A stretch of 64,000 nucleotides of DNA from an uncultured Desulfarculus sp. Lineage in GTDB: Bacteria; Desulfobacterota; Desulfarculia; Desulfarculales; Desulfarculaceae. Shown here one piece after another: positions 7,500-16,427 of the stretch; positions within the stretch are counted from its first letter, which is position 1, and each line of letters begins with the position of its first letter. Both the position numbers and the translations under genes were made by a program. Below the pieces are notes generated by a model, which made no database searches, was not told the DNA's origin, and saw nothing but the letters and a program-made list of their open reading frames with translations. Location: assembly GCA_963665125.2 (NCBI GenBank), contig CAXXUK010000001.1:1600001-1664000 (forward strand), in the 5' to 3' direction.

Positions 7500-9578
7500 T
7501 TGAGCGATAAGCTTGACATACTGCTCGAGTACCTGGACATGGGCCTGTCCATCATTCCGGTGGCGGCGGGCACCAAGATCCCGGCCAAGGGCTTCAAGTG
7601 GAGCCAGTACCAGCAGCGCCAACCCACGCCCGAAGAGGTAGAGGCATGGCACGAGGCCGCGCCTGATGCCAACTGGGCCATGGTCACGGGCGCGGTGTCC
7701 GGCTATTGGGCCTTGGACGCTGACGGTCAAGTAGGCCAGGAGACGCTGGCCCGCGGCGATTACCCGACCACCTCAGTTTACAACCACACGCCCAACAACG
7801 GCGTGCATGCTCTCTATCGGCTGCCCCGGGGCGCCCGGGTAAGCAACGGCGTAAAGGTGGCGCCCGGCCTGGACGTTCGCGGCGAAGGCGGCTACATCCT
7901 GATTCCGCCCAGCATCATCAGCGGCAAAGCTTATGCCTGGGAGTTCATCCAGGGTTTCAACGGCTGGGACGACGTGCCCGAGTGGACGCCCCCCAACGGC
8001 CTGCTCAGGGCCGCGGCTGTCAATGACAAGGGCATAGACCTCTCTGGCGTACAGCCCGCGGCAATGAGCCGTGACGCGGCCCAGGGCGAGCGCAACAGCT
8101 ACTTGGCGTCCATGGTCGGCCAGTGGCTGCGCAAGTTCGACGGCATCTGCCAGGAGGAATTGGAAGTCCTGGCCAAGGGCTGGAACCGGGAGCACTGCAG
8201 GCCGCCCCTGGGAGAGGCCGAAGTGCGTCTTGTGGTGCGCTCCATCTGGGGCAGGCATCACCAGGACATGGAAGAGGAAATCCAGGCTCAGATATATGTG
8301 CCGGACCAGACATCCACCGTCTTCCCGGAGCATTTGCTCAAACCAGGTGGCTTGCTGCAGTCGATCATGGACTACACGGCTGCGTCATCGGCTGCCAGTC
8401 ATCCGGTTTACAGCCTGGCCGGGGCCATATCGCTGTTGGGCACTGTGGCCGGCCAGCGCGTGCAGACGGAAACGGGCCTGCGCACCAACTTCTACAATAT
8501 TGCGGTGGGTTATTCCGGCTCGGGCAAGGATGCGCCGCATAGCGCGGCCCAGGCCCTCCTGGGCGCATCAAACACGCTAAGGCCCATGCTCGGGCCTCAT
8601 GATTTGCCCACGGCTCCCGCGGTGATCAACTGGCTGGCCACGCCCGAGCGGGCCATTACCCTGCTCACCATTGACGAGATAGGGCTCATCTTCAAGCGCA
8701 CGGGCAAGAGCGGCAACACCTGGGTTGAGGCTACGCCCCAGCTCTTGATGACGCTGTGGAGTTCCACCGATCGCGGCTATATCAAGGCCTATGCCGACAG
8801 CACCAACGACAAAAACATACGCTTCCATCATTTGAGCCTGTACGGCGCCACCACGCCCAGCAGGTTCTGGGAGGCTCTCAGCTCGGGTATGATGTCAGAC
8901 GGCTTTGCAGCCCGCATGCTGGCCTTCCAGAGCACCCACGCGCCCAGCCCGCCCCAGGAAGCGGCATACGGCGAGATCCCGCTCAAGCTGGTGGATGAGC
9001 TCGAGGCGATCGCCCGTTTGCTGCGCCTGGTTGAATACAGCGGCAACATGGACCGCCGGCCCAACCCCTACAAAATTCCCATGTCGGTGGATGCCAGGGA
9101 GATCGTCAACGACTGGACCGTGCAGCTCTACAAGATCATCGCAGATAACGCCCATGATGACGTGGCATCGGCAATGTATGGGCGCATGCGTGAGCACGCC
9201 CTCAAGTTGGCTCTGGTGCGGGCCGTCTCACGTTGCGGGCGGAAGGTGCCTGATGAGCTCATCGAGGCCGAAGACCTTGAATGGGCGATCGCCATGGTTG
9301 AGTACATCGTGCCCAACACCCTGGAGCAGGCCAGGGAGAACATAGCTGAGAGCGAGTTCGAGCGGCTGCAGAACAAGGTCAAGAGCATCGTCAGGAGGTG
9401 CATCGCCCCGGGACGGCCCGGCGCGACTCTGCGCGAAATATACAAGGCCCTGAAAACGACCAAGGACAACTGCGACAAGATCTTGGGGACTATGGTTGCG
9501 AGCGGCGTCCTGGTGAAGATCGAATACAAGCCGGACAGAGGACGTCCGTCTGAGCTCTTTTGCTTGGCGATCGGCTAA
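7500..9578 (+). CDS. Bifunctional primase/polymerase (Prim-Pol) with PriCT, DUF3987-like NTPase and C-terminal winged helix
   Basis: LDAD, GVHALY, LDVRGEGGY, GERN, GYSGSGKD, IDEIG; TTG start after GGAGG. Confidence 0.85.
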   Translation: MSDKLDILLEYLDMGLSIIPVAAGTKIPAKGFKWSQYQQRQPTPEEVEAWHEAAPDANWAMVTGAVSGYWALDADGQVGQETLARGDYPTTSVYNHTPNNGVHALYRLPRGARVSNGVKVAPGLDVRGEGGYILIPPSIISGKAYAWEFIQGFNGWDDVPEWTPPNGLLRAAAVNDKGIDLSGVQPAAMSRDAAQGERNSYLASMVGQWLRKFDGICQEELEVLAKGWNREHCRPPLGEAEVRLVVRSIWGRHHQDMEEEIQAQIYVPDQTSTVFPEHLLKPGGLLQSIMDYTAASSAASHPVYSLAGAISLLGTVAGQRVQTETGLRTNFYNIAVGYSGSGKDAPHSAAQALLGASNTLRPMLGPHDLPTAPAVINWLATPERAITLLTIDEIGLIFKRTGKSGNTWVEATPQLLMTLWSSTDRGYIKAYADSTNDKNIRFHHLSLYGATTPSRFWEALSSGMMSDGFAARMLAFQSTHAPSPPQEAAYGEIPLKLVDELEAIARLLRLVEYSGNMDRRPNPYKIPMSVDAREIVNDWTVQLYKIIADNAHDDVASAMYGRMREHALKLALVRAVSRCGRKVPDELIEAEDLEWAIAMVEYIVPNTLEQARENIAESEFERLQNKVKSIVRRCIAPGRPGATLREIYKALKTTKDNCDKILGTMVASGVLVKIEYKPDRGRPSELFCLAIG

Positions 9579-9844
9579 TTGTGTCCTTTCTGTCCCCAAC
9601 GCTGGGGACAGAAATCGAAAGAGGTAAGTTATTAATATTATTTTATATATAAATATATTTTTTATTTCTGTCCCTTTTGTCTCTCTATCAGTGTTTATCA
9701 ACTATTTACATCCTTCTTCCCACAGACAAGGGGGGTGGGGGACAGAAGGGACACAATTCAATTTCGCCGACCAACTGACCGAAAAAACAGCAAATCCAAG
9801 ATCGATTTGTGTCCCCCGGACATGGGGACACAAATGGGACAGAT
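9577..9844. repeat. Putative phage replication origin: TGTCC/GGACA iterons around an AT-rich core
   Basis: 12-bp inverted repeats at 9587-9598/9603-9614 and 9805-9816/9824-9835; 21-bp inverted repeat with one mismatch at 9577-9597/9738-9758; almost pure A/T run at about 9625-9667. Confidence 0.75.
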
Positions 9845-9848
9845 ATCG

Positions 9849-10211
9849 ATGCAAATCCTAAAAGAACATGATCATCAGAAAGCGGTGTTTACCTGGGCCA
9901 TGGCCAACCGTGAGCAGTGGCCCGAGCTCAATCTGCTCTACGCCATACCCAACGAAGACAAACGCTCCGTGGAACGGGTGCGCAAGCTCAAAGCTCAAGG
10001 TATGCGCCCTGGTCTGCCGGATCTCTGCCTTCCCACGCCACGCGGTGATTTCCATGGCCTCTATATAGAACTAAAACGGCCAGGCGGCAAGCTCAGGCCG
10101 AATCAAGAGCTGTGGCTCAAGGCCTTGGCCGGCCAGGGATACATGACCGCCGTGTGCATTGGCGCCGATGAGGCCATAACCACCATCAAGGATTACTTGG
10201 ACGACTTATGA
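9849..10211 (+). CDS. VRR-NUC domain nuclease
   Basis: EHDHQ, AIPN, GLPDL, LYIELK, Q..W motifs. Confidence 0.88.
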   Translation: MQILKEHDHQKAVFTWAMANREQWPELNLLYAIPNEDKRSVERVRKLKAQGMRPGLPDLCLPTPRGDFHGLYIELKRPGGKLRPNQELWLKALAGQGYMTAVCIGADEAITTIKDYLDDL

Positions 10212-10399
10212 GAAGACCAGGAAAAGACTTAGGCGTTGTATGGAGTCCGCGGTTTGGTGCGGTCTGTCCAAGCTGCGGTCAACGCAATGTCCCTCCCACA
10301 ACCACACGGAAGTGGGAGGGCTCATCGCGTATTAGATATCACAAATGCAAATGTGGCCGGCGGTTCAAGTCCGTTGAGGTTGACGTTTGGGCTGCTTAG
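10208..10399 (+). CDS. Small zinc-ribbon regulator (Ogr/Delta or NrdR N-terminal-like)
   Basis: CPSCG...RIRYHKCKCGRRFKSVE; ATGA coupling; last gene of the early operon. Confidence 0.7.
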   Translation: MRRPGKDLGVVWSPRFGAVCPSCGQRNVPPTTTRKWEGSSRIRYHKCKCGRRFKSVEVDVWAA

Positions 10400-11022
10400 G
10401 AACCGTCCCAAAGCCGACCGAAAACGGATATACCCGGTTGAGCGAGCTTGTCATCCCGTATTGGTAAAGGAACGTCTTGGAACCAATTGGCAAAGAAGTC
10501 ACACTTAACTTCTTTAGAGGTGTCAGTATAGTTTTTAAACCAGCCCGTGTAATCGTCACGATCAGCTGCGGTTAACATGGGAATAATGAACGTAAGGCCC
10601 AGATACTTTACGTTTACAAGGCCACCCTCCGTGGATTTAGCTACATCACCCACGGCTTTCTTGAGTGCACTGTTTATAACACCACTAAAATTATCACCCA
10701 CCTTTTCCCTTACTTGCTTCGCTTCTATCACATACTCCATTTCATTTGGATAAATCCAAAGGTCAACCCTGCCAAGCTTTTCAAAGTTTTTATCCTGATC
10801 CTCATCAGGCCTTTTTGTGGAGGAGTACTCTTCCAACGCGTGGAATCCAGACCTCCAAACGGCTCCCGCAAATGTCCCAACATTGGCGCGTTCATTGTAC
10901 CAATACAACGGATCGGTATTATTCCATTTATATGTTTGATGTATTTCGAACCAATTCTGAAAGATTGGTGCAAAATCTCGCATCAATGAGCCATCATTAA
11001 AGCCAATAGAAGTAAGCGCCAC
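10396..11022 (-). CDS. Moron: putative PD-(D/E)XK-fold protein
   Basis: AT-richer than its flanks, antisense; YNE...GRVDLW...VIEAKQ; GGGGG RBS before GTG. Confidence 0.65.
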   Translation of the reverse strand: MALTSIGFNDGSLMRDFAPIFQNWFEIHQTYKWNNTDPLYWYNERANVGTFAGAVWRSGFHALEEYSSTKRPDEDQDKNFEKLGRVDLWIYPNEMEYVIEAKQVREKVGDNFSGVINSALKKAVGDVAKSTEGGLVNVKYLGLTFIIPMLTAADRDDYTGWFKNYTDTSKEVKCDFFANWFQDVPLPIRDDKLAQPGISVFGRLWDGS

Positions 11023-11052
11023 CGTATCCCCCTTCCACTCTCAAAGAACTTA

Positions 11053-11105
11053 ATACTACATGTAGTACGAACCCTCTTTAGGCCGCGATCATTTTGCAGG
11101 ATACT
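11053..11105 (+). promoter_or_regulatory. Putative late promoter 1 with NrdR-box-like palindrome
   Basis: TACTACATGTAGTA (11054-11067), then TTTAGG (11077-11082)-N17-GATACT (11100-11105). Confidence 0.55.
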
Positions 11106-11143
11106 CTTGTCAACGATAGGGAATCAAGATGAACGAGGTTTTT

Positions 11144-11533
11144 ATGCCCCAAGCGCCCCTAAAACCATGTGCTCATCCAGGTTGCCCCGAACTGGTTCGC
11201 GGGACGCCGTACTGTCAGCGCCATCAGGTATTGCATCAGAGCCGTATGAAGGCCGATCGCCGCAGATATGACAAGGCCAGAGGCACCGCGGCGCAACGTG
11301 GCTACGATGGGCGGTGGCAAAAGGCTCGCCAATGGTTTCTAAGACGCCATCCGGTTTGCGCCCGTTGCGGTCAACCGGCCACCGTGGTTGATCACATCAA
11401 GCCTCATCGCGGTGACAAAGGATTGTTCTGGGACACCTCCAACTGGCAGCCTCTGTGCAAGCGCTGCCACGACAAGAAGACGGCAAGTGAGGACCGACCG
11501 GCACAGGCCGGGGGCGGGTCCAAAGGTTATTGA
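11144..11533 (+). CDS. Terminase-associated HNH endonuclease
   Basis: CARC...VVDHIKPHRGD...NWQPLCKRCHDKKT; immediately upstream of terS. Confidence 0.92.
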   Translation: MPQAPLKPCAHPGCPELVRGTPYCQRHQVLHQSRMKADRRRYDKARGTAAQRGYDGRWQKARQWFLRRHPVCARCGQPATVVDHIKPHRGDKGLFWDTSNWQPLCKRCHDKKTASEDRPAQAGGGSKGY

Positions 11534-11580
11534 AATCATTGACAGACCGAGCGTGCATCTTTCCGTGCACGCTGTCAAAA
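11505..11580. other. Candidate cos region
   Basis: GGGGGCGGGTC followed by a dyad AGCGTGCA-N8-TGCACGCT (11550-11573) at the HNH/terS junction, where HK97-like phages carry cos. Confidence 0.4.
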
Positions 11581-11601
11581 TTGAGAAGAAAAAGTGAAGC
11601 C

Positions 11602-12078
11602 ATGGCAAAGGGCCGAAAACGCACCCCGGATAACCTCAAATTGATCAAGGGAACCGCCCGAAAAGACAGGACGAACGCCAACGCGCCCGATCCGGCCAAA
11701 GAGCTGCCCGCGGCGCCGGCATTCCTGACCGATGAGGCCCTTGAGTGGTTCGATTTGATCAGCGATCGCCTGCAGCGCCTGGGCCTGGCTTCGGCCACCT
11801 TCACCGAGGTGATGACCATTTTGGCGTCCAGGCTGGCTGAGATGGAGGCTCTGGAAAAAGACATCGCTGAAAATGGCCGCTCCTACACTAGCGACACCCA
11901 GAACGGCTTCATCCACCGCCAGAGGCCCGAGGTGGCCATGCTCAACGAGGCCAGAAGGCACGCCCAGTCGCTGCTGGCCGAACTGGGGCTCACGCCCGCT
12001 TCCATTGGCAAGGTTTCCCTGGGCGACGGCAAGCAAAAGAGCAAAGACCCGTGGGAAGGCTTTGGCAATGGCGCCTGA
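11602..12078 (+). CDS. terS: Terminase small subunit (P27 family)
   Basis: GRKRTP...KLIKG, PAAPAFL, RPEV, ELGLTPAS. Confidence 0.9.
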   Translation: MAKGRKRTPDNLKLIKGTARKDRTNANAPDPAKELPAAPAFLTDEALEWFDLISDRLQRLGLASATFTEVMTILASRLAEMEALEKDIAENGRSYTSDTQNGFIHRQRPEVAMLNEARRHAQSLLAELGLTPASIGKVSLGDGKQKSKDPWEGFGNGA

Positions 12079-13744
12079 GCGCTTTCCATACGTCAATAAG
12101 GCCAACCGCTATGCCCGCGATGTGGTTTCGGGCAAGATAGACGCATGCCTTTACGTGAAGCAGGCCTGCCAGCGCCACCTGGACGACCTGAGCAGGGAGA
12201 GCGAGCGCAACTACCGCTTCAAATTCGACCGCGAAAAGGGCAACCGCATCTGCCGGCTGGCCGAAAACATGCCCCACGTCAAGGGCCAGTGGCAGGGCTC
12301 GCTGATCCAGCTGCAACCGTGGCAGTGCTTCATGCTGGCCGTACTGTTCGGCTGGGTGCGCAAATCAGACGGCATGCGCCGCTTCAGGGAGATATATGCC
12401 GAGATCCCGCGCAAGAACGCCAAATCCACCTTAGCCGCGATCATCGGCTTGAACATGCTGGTGGCCGATGGCGAAGGCGGCGCAGAGGTCTACAGCGGAG
12501 CGACCAGTGAAAAGCAGGCCTGGGAGGTATTTCGCCCGGCAAAACTGATGGCTGAGAAGTCGCCGGGCTTTACCGGTCGCTTCGGCGTCAATGTCGCCGC
12601 CAAGAGCATTCACGTCATCCCCACCGCATCACGTTTTGAGCCGGTGGTGGGCAATCCCGGCGACGGATCAAGCCCGCACTGCGCCATCGTGGACGAATAC
12701 CACGAGCATAAGACCTCTGACCTGTACGACACCATGGTCACGGGCATGGGAGCCAGGGCACAACCAATGCGGGTTGTGATCACCACCGCGGGCACGGATC
12801 TGCGCGGGCCTTGCTATGCCAAACACGACGAGGCCGTCAAGGTGCTCAGCGGCCAGATGCAAAACGACGAGCTGTTCACGGTGATCTACACCATTGACGA
12901 GGATGACGATTGGGCCGACTTTTCGGTTTGGAAAAAGGCCAACCCCAACTTCGGCGTATCGGTGTTTGAGGACTTCCTGGCCGAACGGCACCGGGAAGCA
13001 ACCCAGCTGGCCCACAAGCAGAACATTCTGCGCTGCAAGCACCTGAACCAGTGGCTCAACGTGGATACGGCCTGGATGAACATGCTGGCCTGGAAGCAGG
13101 CCAAGAGCGATGTGCTCTTGGATCAGTTGGAGGGCCTGCCCTGCTACATCGCCATCGACCTGGCCAGCAAGACCGATATCGCGGGCATGGTCATGCTTGT
13201 GCAGCGGGATGGCGAGCTGTTCACCTTTGGCCGGTACTATCTGCCCGAAGAAACCATCAACAAACCGGACAACCAGCATTACCAGACCTGGCGGATCATG
13301 GACCGGATCATTGAGACGCCCGGCGCCATCATCGACTACGGCTACATCGAGGATGATCTCAAGGGCCTGCGTTCGCGGTTCGAGATCCGGGCCGTGGCCT
13401 ATGATCCGTTCCAGGCCACGCAGTTTTCCACGCGCATGGCCGCCGAAGGCTTTCCCATGATCGAGGTGGGCGCCACGGTACGCAATTTCTCGGAGCCCAT
13501 GAAGGAAGTGGAAGCGCGGATCCTGGCCAACACCCTGCACCACGACGGCTGCCCGGTGCTGACCTGGATGATGAGCAACGTGGTGGCCCACTACGACAAG
13601 AAAGACAACATCTTCCCCAACAAGGAGCGGGCAGCCAACAAAATTGACGGCGCCGTGGCCCTAATCATGGCCATGAACCGGGTGATGGCTACCGACCAAA
13701 AGGGGCCATCGGTCTACGAGACTAGAGGGATCTTTACGCTATGA
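12068..13744 (+). CDS. terL: Terminase large subunit
   Basis: LQPWQ, IPRKNAKS, IVDEYH, KANP, IDLA, KIDG. Confidence 0.95.
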   Translation: MAPERFPYVNKANRYARDVVSGKIDACLYVKQACQRHLDDLSRESERNYRFKFDREKGNRICRLAENMPHVKGQWQGSLIQLQPWQCFMLAVLFGWVRKSDGMRRFREIYAEIPRKNAKSTLAAIIGLNMLVADGEGGAEVYSGATSEKQAWEVFRPAKLMAEKSPGFTGRFGVNVAAKSIHVIPTASRFEPVVGNPGDGSSPHCAIVDEYHEHKTSDLYDTMVTGMGARAQPMRVVITTAGTDLRGPCYAKHDEAVKVLSGQMQNDELFTVIYTIDEDDDWADFSVWKKANPNFGVSVFEDFLAERHREATQLAHKQNILRCKHLNQWLNVDTAWMNMLAWKQAKSDVLLDQLEGLPCYIAIDLASKTDIAGMVMLVQRDGELFTFGRYYLPEETINKPDNQHYQTWRIMDRIIETPGAIIDYGYIEDDLKGLRSRFEIRAVAYDPFQATQFSTRMAAEGFPMIEVGATVRNFSEPMKEVEARILANTLHHDGCPVLTWMMSNVVAHYDKKDNIFPNKERAANKIDGAVALIMAMNRVMATDQKGPSVYETRGIFTL

Positions 13745-13932
13745 GCGAACCGGCGATCATAGTGGACTACACGCCCAGGCTCAAGGCCGTGTGCCCGCGG
13801 TGCGGCAGCCCCAAGGCCCGGACTATCTACTGTGAGCCTTGGTTCAAGGGCGATAGTGTTTGGTTTCGCAAGCGGCGGCATGTTTGCCGGGAGTGCGGGA
13901 GTAAGTTTAATAGCTTGCAGGAGAGTATATGA
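13741..13932 (+). CDS. Second small zinc-ribbon regulator (NrdR N-terminal/Ogr-like)
   Basis: CPRCGS...RKRRHVCRECGSKFNSLQE; ATGA-coupled to terL. Confidence 0.7.
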   Translation: MSEPAIIVDYTPRLKAVCPRCGSPKARTIYCEPWFKGDSVWFRKRRHVCRECGSKFNSLQESI

Positions 13933-14084
13933 TAAAAGTAGAACAAATATGGTCAGAGTCCATAGCGAAGCCCAAAAAACCAAATTGGGACTGCGTTGTC
14001 CTACCATTTTATTATCTTGCGTTGGTTACCAATCAACGTTTCACAATTTTGCGAGACATATAACAGAGATGCCCACAATTTAAA

Positions 14085-15260
14085 TTAAGCTTTTTTTGGG
14101 GGTGCGGGATTAACATGGTCCAAAAAAACACTTTGCGCAATCACTACAAAATTCCAAATAAAATGGAGCAGTATAGCAAATAGAATTGAATCAGTTTCAC
14201 TATATGCCCAGCATACCATAACACTGAAAACAATATTATGAAAACCCCTAAACACAGTATGGGTTGCCATAAATGTAAAAGAATTAATTCCTATGGCTAA
14301 GAAATATCCAAACTCGGTTCCCGAAACATTAAGAAATCAATCAAACCCATTGAGAACAGGTATCCAGGCAAACGGCTGTATATGCACCACCGGCACCTCA
14401 CTCAATCCAGATGTCTGTAAAAACAAGAGCACTAGTAGATTAAAGAAAAACAGCCTAAAGACAAGTTCTTCAGCAATGGGAGCAACAAATACAGCTTTAA
14501 CATAAGAGACAACTATTTCTTTGCTGTACAATACGCGATGCCATTTCCAGCTCCTATTAGGCCGTATCAAGCTGTTTTTAATACCTCCAAATATCAACGA
14601 TAAAACAACGATAAACACTATAAATCTACGATTTTCAGCGACAACATTTCCAAATTCTCTAAATTCACTAATTATTGAGTAAACTGCGTCGCCTGTGAGC
14701 TGATGGATGACCTCAAGCGATACCACAATGATAATGATAATCCCGGCCAGCACATATGTTAGCCCTTGCCAAGGAATCTGCCTTAATATGTCAGCTAGCT
14801 TCCCTTCTGACTTGAACCATGTATATAAATTATAACATGCTATAAGAAGAAACCAAAGGAACGCAATACCGATTATAAGACTGGCAAACCCACCGACTCC
14901 TGCTGCGGCTAGATCTGTAACTATCACGGCCAATGCTTTATACAAACCGAAGCAATAAAGAAAAACTAAAAAGCAGCCGCCCCAGCTCCACTCCCACCCC
15001 TTATCAATTTCAGATTCGTCAAGGAGTATTTTGCTTTCTTCACAATATCGCTCAAGAGAGTATTTTTTTATGCAATGAAGCATGAAAAGGTGCGTAGCCT
15101 TAGCCTCACTATATTTATCGTTCAGCCCCTTTATTAATCCAGACTCGGCCTTCAGGCAACTAAGCACCTTCTCCTGCTCGGAAGCCGTAAGGTCATCTCT
15201 AAACCGTAAAGATTTGACATATGGCATTTTACCCCCCATGTTTTCGCAAACATATTTCAC
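14085..15260 (-). pseudogene. CPBP (CAAX/Abi) intramembrane metalloprotease interrupted by one in-frame TGA
   Basis: APIAEELVFR lies before the TGA (14337-14339); the same frame continues with SFTFMATH and LLHFIWN. Confidence 0.75.
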
Positions 15261-15496
15261 GCTGTACTGTATAGCATGCAGCTGTTGCTCTTGAGGTTAC
15301 AGCTTTCTGCAACACATAAAAGTCTAAATAATTTGAGCTGAACCTTCCCGGCATATCAGCCAGGCAACCGAACAAGACCAGTAAACAATGTGTTAATTTA
15401 AGACCATCGATTTTGCGATGCCAAAAGCACGATGTATATTACATCCCCCACACTACCAAGTCAGTATTGTATATGCTAATACCCGCAACCAACGCA

Positions 15497-16246
15497 TTAC
15501 TGCAGACCAAGCTTGTCAATCAGCGAATTACATCCGCTATTGAGCAAAATGGCTTTTTTATATTTTTGTCCATCATCTTCGTCTATAGAACTCACTTTTC
15601 TTATTCTATATTCAATAGAAGCTTCTCCTGGAGAAGTAATAATCACTGAGTTATCAGGTGGTATGTCTTGCCCCCCAACACGCAAAGTATCCATCTTGAA
15701 AGAACGTTTATCCTTTACAAAATAGCAATAAGTTGGAATTATTGCAAAATTTTCGTCGTTCGCCTGTTTGATAATGTTTGATGTGTAAAATGAATTGTTT
15801 TTTTTCAAGCAGAAAAAAATATTAGCCCGTGTATAAACTCCCTGATTAACATAAACTTCACCACTTATGACATCAGTTTTATTTTTCCAAACAGCTTCAG
15901 AATAATAGTGACCCTCATACAGTCCCCCTCCAACATAACGCACCGGTTTGAACTTGGGTTGTGATCCAACAATTTCTCTATAATTTCTCCGAATTGTAAA
16001 ATGATGCTCGCCAGGCTTAAAAGATATCATATTGTATGGAGCAAAAATATCTTCTCCATCAAACTCTTCTATAAATAACCCCCACCCCGGAACGGCATCA
16101 GTCGGAAGAATTGTAACTCTCTGGTCCATGGGTAGATTTTCCACTGACGAAGGTATGAACTTTGGGCCAGACATACACGATGCAGATGCCAATAATAATA
16201 TTGTCAGTATGAGGAAACTCAATTTATTCCATTTGAATGCAGCCAT
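15497..16246 (-). CDS. Moron lipoprotein
   Basis: Signal peptide ending LASASC; AT-rich; antisense to the late genes. Confidence 0.7.
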   Translation of the reverse strand: MAAFKWNKLSFLILTILLLASASCMSGPKFIPSSVENLPMDQRVTILPTDAVPGWGLFIEEFDGEDIFAPYNMISFKPGEHHFTIRRNYREIVGSQPKFKPVRYVGGGLYEGHYYSEAVWKNKTDVISGEVYVNQGVYTRANIFFCLKKNNSFYTSNIIKQANDENFAIIPTYCYFVKDKRSFKMDTLRVGGQDIPPDNSVIITSPGEASIEYRIRKVSSIDEDDGQKYKKAILLNSGCNSLIDKLGLQ

Positions 16247-16334
16247 TTCAACCCCCACAGTATTATTAGTTAGCTATACAAAAAGGCTATTGCCATCGAA
16301 AGAACCAATTTTAATAAATGACATTTCACCCTTT

Positions 16335-16401
16335 TTGACAGGTATTGTTCACTATATATAGTGACCGCCACCTTACCCAAGAAAAAAATTAGCCCTAATC
16401 T
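16335..16401 (+). promoter_or_regulatory. Putative late promoter 2 with NrdR-box-like palindrome
   Basis: TCACTATATATAGTGA (16349-16364), then TTACCC (16373-16378)-N17-TAATCT (16396-16401). TTGACA-N16-TATAGT (16335-16362) also overlaps the palindrome. Confidence 0.6.
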
Positions 16402-16427
16402 TGATCCAACGACATTGGAGCAAGCAC

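Noticed and set aside
9735..9848. N-terminal extension of the VRR-NUC ORF
   Set aside because: It runs through the iteron array; the ATG at 9849 gives the normal domain start.
14337..14339. Selenocysteine recoding of the in-frame TGA
   Set aside because: The site is not a plausible catalytic Cys position for a CPBP protease and I see no convincing SECIS hairpin after it.
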